Shown here: in pieces, positions 12,901 to 23,047 of the stretch
How the letters are laid out: the number at the start of each line of letters is the position of its first letter
Numbering within the stretch: the stretch's first letter is position 1
DNA from: Paraspadella gotoi
Taxonomy: Eukaryota > Animalia > Chaetognatha
Direction: 5' to 3'
Assembly: GCA_051294375.1 (NCBI GenBank)
Contig: CM119265.1
Coordinates: forward strand, 22,774,591 to 22,838,590
Length of the DNA stretch: 64,000 nucleotides
Made by a program: the position numbers and the translations under genes
Notes under the pieces: model-generated
What the model saw: the letters and a program-made list of their open reading frames with translations, nothing else
What the model was told of the DNA's origin: nothing
The model's database searches: none

Positions 12901-15379
12901 ATGTAGCTATCTCTTTCTCTCGTATTTCATTTTATTTTGCACTTATCGGGATCTTTGGTTAACCAAAAAAAAAAAAAAAAAAATAGTAAGCAGTATCAAT
13001 TTCCATCTTTCCCTGGCGGGAACAAGAAAAAATGACACCAAATTTGTGTGAAGGAAAAAAAAAAAAAAAAAAGCCGCAAAAAAAGTCAAAATGAATTAGA
13101 TATCTGGTCGGAGTTTAAGGTATCAATTGCAGGCGAGGCTGACGTGCTGTTGAGTCTGTCGCAAACATCTTTTATTCAGGTCCTGGCGTCAGCCTCGTCG
13201 ACCTTATTAACCCCATAAAAAGAGGGTTTTACAATAAATATTTAACAGTAAATCACGTCTAAGTCAGATGTGACGAAAAGCTTGGAAGCAAAAGCGAAAT
13301 AAAGAAAACCCTCTTCTAACAAGACTTCAGTATTTTCACCTACGTTTTCCGATATTTCGAAACATGAACCTCTTAAAGCCATCGAATGACAAGATTATCT
13401 CGCAAAATTCGTGGCAAGTGGGATGAAGATAGTGAAGTACATATTAACCCGAATCGATATTTACATTACAATATCATATATAATGTTTCGTCTTGACTCT
13501 TAGCCAAAAAAAAGTAAACAAATATCCGTCACTTTATCTCGCGTCCGGTCAGTAACGATAAAGTTCTGCCGAAAGCGAATCGGTTACAAGCAAGACACTG
13601 ATTTCAACATCTTAACTAAAGAACCCATTATTATTAAAGTTTGGTTCGTTTCGTATTTTACTTGAGAAAAATCACTGGATTTCCATTATAGTATTGATAA
13701 AACCTACTGAGTGAGACATTATAATGTCGTAATTTTTCGTAGTTTTTACACACTCAATATTTTCGTACGTTTTATGCTTGATTTTTGCCAAATTCCGTCT
13801 TGGATGTTCTTCAATCTTTGTTCATTTTTGTCTACGACTAACCTCAAAAGCAAGCTTTTTGCTTTCAAATAAACATTAAGCTGCCGAAAATACTAACGTA
13901 ATTGTTTCACGTGATATTCACGATTTTAATCGTCGCCTTCGAACGAATCCTGCGAAAATATTTTGAGTCGTCGTCCCTCTGTCACTAATTTAAGTTTTAT
14001 TTTTTGTAACCTTCAAATTATGTTATTGTCTAATTAATCGTTAGTTAATATTTATTCATGGCAGAAAAATCAACGTCTCAATTTCCATTTTTTTTCAAAT
14101 TTCAAGGCGACCATACTTTTTTTTACAACTTTTTAAAAGAATGCGCCTCGAAGCTGTCGGAGCAACTTACTTTTTTCCTGCCGACTCTTTCCACTATTCA
14201 TCACGGTTTTAAAGTAATGATCTTACCTCATAACCAAAGCTCTCCGCAGTAACCCAATAAACTGAGATTACAATTATCGGAACCGGCTTTAACCTCGAAG
14301 ATAGGCCCTGATCGAGCGTTGCCATCCTTTTTGCGAACAACGTTCTTAACGACTGAAAACTTGAATCCTCGCTATTCATGGGAGCTAGTTGTATTCCTCA
14401 GATTCATTTTTTCACGACTTATAGGGCGTTGATGTTATAATTTTATTTTAATTTTGTTTAGACAATTTTTACTATTATTTAAACAGTATATTTTCTCTCA
14501 CCCCGCCCTTTTGTTTTTCTTGACCGCCTTTGTCCAATGTTTTTCATCAGCCGTCAGGTCTATTTTCTGTCGTTCTGCGCCGCCACGAGTCGCGAGATCA
14601 AAACAAAAGGCCATCGTCGTCTTTCGGAAACTGTATGCGGCCAGGGGATCGTCGGGCGCCCGATTCAACCCATTCGTCTCGCGATGCGCCGATTCCGAGA
14701 GCGCTCAGGACGACGCTCCATTTCGTGAAAGAAAAATTAACTCAGCCACGAGCTTATTTTTCTCCTCCGAATGTTTCGATGGAGCATCGCGTACGCTGGC
14801 AGTAACCATTTTGGTGTTTTTGAAGCGGGCGGTGCGGCGTGCTAAATTCGAATATTTCAAAATTTGACAAACTTTGATCAGTGACAAAAAAATCCCACGT
14901 CTGTGACACAAAAAAAAAACTAGGGTATCCTTAGGCAGTGACGGTCGATGGCCTTGATCCGATCCCGCGTCTCGGATTTTAGGGCTGTTGCTGGCCTTTC
15001 GGCGGCTATATTCGAATTGACAGCTTCGAGCGTCAGTAAGGCTGCTGAAAAAGATGTACTTTTTGTTAACCTTGATTTTCGGATTTTTTTATGTTGACTA
15101 ATTTTTTTTTTAACTTTACCTCAATTTTTATCGAACTGCTGTAACAAAAAATAAAGGAAAAAAATTGTTTGAATAAGCGTATAATACTTAATTTTTGATT
15201 GGCAAATAATAAAAAGTAAACATTTTAGCACTAGTCTTTTTCTTTTCACTGACAACATCCTAACTGTTGGACTGATCACACATAAGATGCTTCTTATGCG
15301 GCGTAACACATACAAATTGCCCTTTATTGTTGTATGTACTTTATATTATATTATATTATATTCACTTTTTCAAGGTTAC

Positions 15380-15790
15380 TAGCAAAATTGCAAACGAGGA
15401 TTGAAAGTTTCAAAAATGACCTACACTGTGTGATCACTTATTTGTAAAGTGTTAAATAGAATAAACAAATATTTCATGACCTTTACCGCAATCACTTCAT
15501 GATCTCGTGACTGCATATTTATTTGGTCATGTGACACCAGAAGTATGAAACAAGCAGTGTTTAACGATAACTCATCTCTCCTCATTAGTTATGATACACG
15601 GATTTTCTGATCTGATAGTACTTTTATGTGATCAGTGATCACGTTACTAAAGAAGTATGAAACAAGTACATTAAGCATCTACTGAGCATCAAAAACGATG
15701 TTATGAGAATTCAAAACAGTGAGACTGACCGACTGACCGAAAGTAACTAACAGGGTTTTTGCGCGATTACTTGCGTCGCAAATAAAAAGT
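15380..15790 (+). mobile_element. Probable Helitron/Helentron-like non-autonomous repeat remnant
   Basis: Internal repeat gaagtatgaaacaag (~15540, ~15652), TGATCA-rich body, gactgaccgactgacc micro-repeat, then terminal hairpin ttttgcgcga...tgcgtcgcaaa before an A-run. Confidence 0.3.
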
Positions 15791-16277
15791 TATTGACAAT
15801 TGAAAGCTTGTTAGGTTAAACACACCAGTTATAAGGTTACACAATACCATATCAAGAAAATACAATACTCCTATTTGAGCAAGACAAGTGCCGGTCATAC
15901 TTGGCTATTTCTTCATTCTTTTTTGGCCCCATCTGCCTCTGGCGCGGAACCCGGAGAATTGCAGGTCACTTCATCTCTTGGTCGGCGTCGGGTTGATCGA
16001 TCCTACTTATGAAATATACATTTTATGCTCACAAAATACTCAAATCTTATTCCAATGTCACAATAGACATACAGAAAGAAGGCAAGTTAATCCTTCAGAG
16101 AAAGACGCCGCCATTGTCGCCTTATGTAGACTGTTGTGACTGTCGTGACTAATTCGTTTGCTTTCATCCCGTTATATTTAAACTGAAACAGTAGGATTAT
16201 GAGATGATAGTGTGACGATCCTGAGAATTTAATGTCCTACCCTTATCGGTTTCACCTTACTTTCGAAACCACTTCGA

Positions 16278-19103
16278 TTATAATTTGGCCTCAAATCTCG
16301 AAAATGACCTGGCATAGAGCGATGACGTGATAGAAGCGTGAAGCCGCATATGACGGTTGAGGTTTCCAGATTGAGAAAAACGCAGCATGCACTGACGACA
16401 TTGGTAGGGTTTCTCTCCTAGGTTAGGAGCAAGGGGGAAAGTGAGGGAGACGTTACCTAAAAGTTGTTGTTGTCCTTTGTCTAAGATAGGAACGAGGTCA
16501 AAGAACAAAGCATCAGGAAACGCGAGACAAAATTTCAGTACTGTTCCACACAAGGAATAAATAAATAAATTACAATAGATTTGAGCCTTCATCAGCTTGA
16601 ACAAGTGCCTAAACATTTCCGTTATTATTGTTTCAAATAAATCGTTGTTAAATCCATTCCAAACTTTTCTCTAAATATAGCGATGCTAAATTTTTTTTGC
16701 TAGTTTCAAACATTTTTTATGCAATGTTTTGGAATTTGGACATTATAAAAACGTCAATGATTTTCTTTCAAAGAGTATCATAAATTTTATTTTTTGTCGT
16801 ATAGTTTACGGGGAATTAATTTTTATTTTGTATCAGTTGATTTGGCTCTCGGGGTAGTTGGTTGGCGATAGCGCCAGGGCCCTGGCGGTTTCGCCAGTCC
16901 CCTCACTGGTGACCTCGCTTGTGAATATAACGAAAGGCGCGAGTGAGAGGAGAGGCTCGCGGCTGACGTGGAGGCACGGGGATGAACGGGGGACCCCGGT
17001 TAGGGTCTCCCGCGAGCACCTACGGCCGGAGTGGCCATAACCCTAAACCTAATCCATTCTCCCGGCTCGCCAGCGAGCATCCCGCTCAACCCTAACCCTA
17101 AACCGGGCCCCGAAACAAACCCTAACCCGAAACAGTTCCCCCGGCTTGCGACATCACCCGCGAGCCACTTCCCTAGCCCTTACCAAAACCCGGGCCTCCG
17201 GTCTTATGCCCAGTCAAAATCCTAACGTCAAAATCCGCGGGACCCTCTCCCAACCCTAACCCGGGTCTCCGAAAAAAAAAAATTGTTCAATATCGGGGGG
17301 GTCAGTAAAATATTTACAAAAATACAAAAATTTACACAAAATAGGAAAACGACGAACACAGAACAGAAAGCAATAGGAATCCGTGTTACCCGAATGAACT
17401 CTAAGGTGCTTAGTGAGGGTCGAGGAATCGGTAAAAGCTTTTGCGCAGGAACTAACAGATTTGGAAAATATTAAAGAAAGAAATTTTGTGAAATGGCAGA
17501 AATGAAATACGAGATGTTGTTATTTATCTATTATAAAGTCGCATCTGGAATATGTGGACTATGGAGACATGCTGCCCCTTGCTTTAAATAATTTTAGAAG
17601 TTTAAAATTACTGAAAGTCAGTCGTAACTTGAATTACATACTTTGCTAATTTTTACCTGCAGCGATAGGGGCGCTCGCCTGAGTGCGTTCTCAAATGAGT
17701 GGTGACCGACGAGGACTGAGAAAATCTGAGATAAACATTTTTTTTAAAACGATTCTGTCATAGATACATGTAGTTTATTTCTCAAATCAAATTTACCTTC
17801 TGGTGCAAATGGGACAAGTGAAGGGTTTTTCTCCGCTGTGAGTTCGAACGTGAGCCGTGAGATTTGCTGATTGAGTGAAAGACTTGCTGCAAGTGTTGCA
17901 TCTTCAAAAAAACAAAAACAACAACTTCGCATTATATGATTTATATTTGATTATTATTATTTGATTATTATTAGCGAAAACGAAGTTTGATTTATTGATT
18001 TTATTAATAGAAAACAGACATGTTTCGACTCTCGTTCGAGTCTTCATCAGCTGATGAGAGTCGAAACATGTCTGTTTTCTATTAATAAAATCGTTGTTGA
18101 ACAAATCAAACTTCGTTTTCGGTAATCATTAAACACAACGAAATGAAAGGAATACCATAATATTAATTATTATTATATTTTATTATTTAACGGAGAGACA
18201 TGTGTGATGCCCGGAGTGTGAGGCATCTCCCGACAGCTGGCGCTCAGGGCTTAGGACCTGCAGTAACCACCCAATGTCACTGGCGTGTTTATGACGACTC
18301 TATCACACATAACCAGCGTGACCGCGAGGTGATTGTATCCGGAACTCACAGTTGGTGAACGAGTCCCTATTTAGCTGTCTAAGCGAATGAGACGAGCTGA
18401 GTTTCACCAAGCTTTCCGGGAGGCGAATTTTGGATTCACCAGAGTATAATATATTAAATTATTATTATATTAAATTATTATAATATATTAAATTATGGTG
18501 GAGCTGATTTAATGACATAGCGTGGCTACTGAAGCCCAGGGAACAAATATGAAAAGTAAGATTTATAATTCTTTCAAAAATGCAAACCTATAAGGTCTCT
18601 CTCCCGAATGCGTCCTCAAGTGAGTCTTCAACGTCGAGGGTCTCGCGTAGGATTTTCCGCAAATCCTGCAGACGTTGACGCTGGACGAGATGGCGTCGTC
18701 GCCGGAGTCACCGATGCCGCAACGTGGTCGAAGGATTCCGCGGGCGTCTTCGGAGAGAACGCCCCCTGGATTGACGACACCGAGTCCTGGATCAAAGATG
18801 ATATTTGAGGTTAGAAATTAAACTGCAAGCGCTCAATGCGGGAAACAAAAGTGAACGCGCCTCTGCCGACTGGCGGAATTTTCGGAGAACATTGTTGTGT
18901 TGTTCTGAGGTCGTTTTGCACGGGAACTCTGTTTTTACGTTCCGTCGTATCCTGGCGACAAAAATGAACGTTGTGGACGCAACATGTTTCAGAGTAAGAA
19001 TGACTTGTATTCTTAAACAATTTAATAACAATAACAGTCAAAAGGCTCAGATGCTAAGTCTATAACAATGGGTAATTGGGTATTTACAAGGTCAAAGTTG
19101 ACC

Positions 19104-19197
<94 letters not shown>

Positions 19198-20265
19198 AAA
19201 ACGATTGAGGGTAAAGTTAGTAAGGTCAGTTTCAACCGAGGTTGCGTGTTGTTGTTGCTCAACAACGTAAACAATTCGAAAAAATTTATACCTTTTAAAA
19301 ATATATATATGCCCAAATTTAACTAATTTTTTATTCTTCCCGCGATATTAGTCTCACTCTTTTGTCGCCGCCTTGTGCTCGCGACGCCGCCCCTCTTTCC
19401 GCGTCTTGAACGCCGACGTTCGAAAACTCGACGCCGCGGCGCGAAAAAGACGCCGCTGATTCTAGATGCGGACCGGAGAACGCCGAGGGAGCGGATCCGA
19501 AGCCGCAGACGGAAGCGGAACCCCCAAGGCCGGAACCCAACATCTCGAACAACTGCATCCGATCTCTGGCGCCTGAAACTTCTGACCAACGGTGACCGGA
19601 AATGGCGTCGTCGTCCGGCGGCGCCGCCGTCGTCAGCGACCGAGATTCTGGCCAATCGCGTTTGTCGACGACGTTGGAAGAAGGATGAGGAGGAGGAGGA
19701 GCGGGTGAGCGGCATGAATGAGTCGCGTTGGGATTGGATGCTTTGTGGATGTGAAGGATGAAAGAAAGAGACAACAATTTAGTAAAAAAAAATGTTTTAA
19801 ACAATGTAAAACAACACCCGAAAAAATATTTGAAACAATCCATAAATATTTGAAACAATCCAGAAAGAAAACGAAATGATTACTATTAGTATTAATCTTA
19901 AATAACAAAAGTCACGAAACTCTCAAGGGATCTCAACAATTTTCCCCTCCCTCTTTTGAAACCTGCCGCCAAGTTCATGCTCATGTGAACATTGACACTC
20001 ATCGACGAAAACATAAAGTTTTCAAAGAAATCCGGATGGGCGTGGCCAGAGTGATGAACTGGGTGGTGATGGTGACTCGAAAGGTGACCCCCATGCAGAA
20101 CCGGATGATGACTTGAGTGGTCCCCGTAGCCCGGATGTAGGTGGGCGTGAGTGGAAGCGTGAATCGGCGTAGGGGCGTGCCATCCCGAATGGGACGGAAG
20201 CGGGTGGACGAGAGCGGGCGACGGTCCGACGCCGGAGGAAGAAACGGAGAGCGAGAATAATCTGT

Positions 20266-20344
<79 letters not shown>

Positions 20345-22408
20345 GAGAGAGAGAGAGAGAGAAGGGAAGATAGAAAAAGTGGAATGAAAATATATGTGGA
20401 TATTATCCACTGGATAAGGTCACGACTGAAGGTGTCATCCTTATAGGCGGGGCGAACTTAAGCCAATGCCGACTACATATATTTGACGATCGTTCTGAAA
20501 ATGTTTGGCCGTTATGCTTTACCTTCGTAACCCAGTCGGTTACTTTCAGAGGTCATTGAATCTAAGTGGCTCGAATCCTCGTCGCGGTTCAAAGATCTTT
20601 TTTAGGGAAGTGGGAGTTGGAAAAGTATATATATATTTAGTGTTCCGTGGTGCAAAATTTAGTAATGTAGAGTTCAAAACTTACAAGCAATTGAATCCCA
20701 TTGAATCGTCGTATTCTGATCTGTAACTCGATTCGTATTCGTTTGAGGCCTATAACACAATAATAATTAATATTTCTTTCAGAATTAAAATACTCAGATA
20801 CCCCCTGGCCCATGCGGACGTACTTTTTCGTCTTGAGAATGCGCGAGCGAAGCTAAATTGTAATTGTGTGCGCGAGACTCAAAATGTCCCGCGAATTTTG
20901 CATCTCGAGTTCTTAAAATATGACCGCTGTCGATGTCGGGATAAGAAGTCATCGAATTGCTCATTTGTCTTCTTTGCGTGTTTTCGCTGCAAAAACAATG
21001 GGGGTAAATTTTATTTGTTAAAAAAATCATTTTGGTTTAAAAAAAAAATCATGAAACCAAAGTAGCAACACAAAATCAGCGCAACCCCGGTGGCGTAACA
21101 TTCTCTTTTCCTCGCCGTAATTTGGTCCGCCTTAGTGGCACTGAAGCTATTACCACCACCTTTGAATTCTCATTTTCATAACGAACCTCCAAGAGACGGT
21201 GTCGACATCGTAATATCTCTCTCGCTCGAGAGGATCGTCCACTTTCTCTTCGCCTTCTTCAAATGACTCTCGTCCGAGACTCGTGCCTTCGTATTCCTGT
21301 CTCGTCGACACTTCTTTCGAATCAAATTCCCATTGATAAGATTCGACGCCGGCTTCCCTCGGCGTTGGAGAGACGAACACCATTCTGTCGTCCTTCAGCA
21401 TCGTAGCGCCATCTTTAAACGTCAAAGCTTAGTTAAGTGAAGGAGCGTCTCTAACGACAGTTACATTTTTAATCAAGAATTCGTGTCTCGTCATTTCTGA
21501 ATGTTTCAGCATCGAAGATTCATTCAAGGTTACGTTTTCCCTACGCGTCTGAGATTCGCCGAATGAGCTCGTCGCCTTTAAGCATCAAACCTTCGTGGGA
21601 ATCAGTCGTCGCTTTCTCTGTACAAAATCCGGCGATGAGGCCGTTGGCGCCCGGCTTGAAACCATCTTCGATATAGTAATCTCCGCTCTTTGTTTCCCCG
21701 CAGTGCTGCCGCGTTGTCATCGGCGTCCAGGGCTGACGGCGCTCCGACCCCTCAACGTCTCCGGCGCCGAACCGGGCCACGCGACGCGCGATCGCTGCGC
21801 CGTCGACGGGCGAATCCGCGTCGGCGTCTATGAGGAGAGGTGGCGGCGTCGTTGGCGAGAAAGTCAGCTCGCGATCTTTATGGTTCTGGAATTTACGAAA
21901 AGTTTATATATTAAAATAAATTGTGATATAAATAGATATAGATGATAATAATAATATGTTAAATGGATAACGGTAGTGGCGACCAATGAGGGCCCGAAGG
22001 CGAAGCCATTTGAGATGCCGTTGCTAAAGATCAAGGTTGATCAAAAGAATCGGTTTAAGAAAAAGGTTTGCGAAATCTGTGTTGACAACGATGTCGACTT
22101 TTACGATGATTTCTTGAATAATACAAACACTTCAACTATAGCATCGCAGATGCAATCGGAACCAAGAATGGAATCGAATCCGCGACTTGGATATTTAAAA
22201 AAAAAAAATCTATTTTTCGTACCCAAATTCGTCCGGCGTTTTCAAGGCCACGTAGGCCGCCGACCCCGCCGCTCCAAACGGCGTCTGCGTCAATTTTCGG
22301 TGGAGCTGGCGTCTTCCGATTTGCGTCCATCCAATGATATTGCTCAGACGGTCGAGCGGCGAGGGTAAGTGAGGCGGGTATGGTCGAGGTGGCGGAGAGT
22401 GTCGCCAT
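16278..22408 (-). CDS. gl: Glass, five-finger C2H2 transcription factor (multi-exon)
   Basis: Finger exons 18588-18786 ([29 protein letters not shown]), 17797-17901 ([32 protein letters not shown]), 17657-17725 ([22 protein letters not shown]), 17390-17451 ([19 protein letters not shown]) and 16278-16417 ([27 protein letters not shown]) are phase-consistent and match Drosophila Glass fingers. Exon 19963-20261 carries [10 protein letters not shown], like the Glass MSVNVSMNM motif. Upstream exons (19358-19740, 18861-18951, several at 20410-22408) and the ATG at 22408 are less certain. An alternative final exon 15966-16002 is possible. Confidence 0.92.
16575..16680. mobile_element. Degenerate copy of the palindromic hammerhead/Penelope-like element
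   Basis: gagccttcatcag (= CTGATGAAGGCTC on minus) followed by gcctaaacatttccgt...aaataaatcgttgt...cattccaaacttttctcta, alignable by eye to the 25.5-kb copy. Confidence 0.55.
16845..17282. repeat. GC-rich structured insert with dispersed telomere-like CCCTAA units and a 3' A-run (glass intron)
   Basis: aaccctaa/ccctaacc units at ~17039, 17088-17101, 17118 and 17252; inverse ggttaggg at ~16998; short hairpins; A-run at 17272-17282. Confidence 0.6.
17975..18160 (-). mobile_element. Palindromic element with a minimal hammerhead ribozyme core (Penelope pLTR/retrozyme-like)
   Basis: Perfect 37-bp inverted arms 17997-18033/18056-18092 plus 19-bp outer arms. Minus strand 18050-18017 reads CTGATGA-A-GACTC-gaacga-GAGTC-GAAA-CATGTC. 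Confidence 0.75.
19107..19191. repeat. (AG)n microsatellite in a glass intron
   Basis: Perfect GA run; similar runs at 20266-20360, ~38200-38284 and 53820-54120. Confidence 0.95.
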
Positions 22409-23047
22409 TGTTGGAAGCGGACGGACGCAGTCCGGGGAAGTGAGAGGAAAAGCGGAGGAAAACGTAGGATGGCGATAGAAGCGAGACGAAGGAGATTCGT
22501 TCGTCCCCTGATATATGAACATAATAGTAAATAGTTTTTAAAAACCAAATAATAACAGAATAAATTAAAATTAAATTGAATAGATTGCTTTGGTTTTGCT
22601 ATGTTACTAGCTTGCAGTAAGAGTGATGGAGGACTTGGTAGTCTTAATACACCAACGACTGCCCTTATTCACGGAAGGCAAGAAGGCAAGAAGCCAAGAT
22701 AGTTTGTTTTTTGAATGATTTTAAAATTTTTATAAACACGGATGGGAGTTAAATGAAATGATCAAATACTGCGGCTAAATAATTTGTTATAGGAATTTCA
22801 GATTTTGCACTCTGGTAAAAAAATCGTTAACTTTTTATTTATCAACTCCTAGTAGTCCAGCTTGCTTACTTTCTTAGTTGAAAATATAAATTAGAAAAGA
22901 ACAATGAGCTGGCAAGTGCTTGTTACCTCACTAAACTCTGAAATATAATAATGGCAATTTTTTACATGTTCCCAAAACATTATACTAATTAATGAATGAA
23001 AAAGAAATTAACATTTTGAGCTTAATTTTTTTTACAATAAGTTTAAA

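Noticed and set aside
17040-17270. Telomerase RNA gene
   Set aside because: A template-like CTAACCCTAA is present, but there are multiple telomeric units and no visible pseudoknot, CR4/5 or H/ACA elements.
19076-19326. ER-repeat and LS-repeat ORFs
   Set aside because: (AG)n microsatellite in an intron; the same applies at 20266-20360, 38086-38284 and 41665-41892.
20525-20600. tRNA/SINE B-box-like GGCTCGAATCC
   Set aside because: Better explained as the reverse strand of a phase-compatible glass exon ([24 protein letters not shown]); no cloverleaf.
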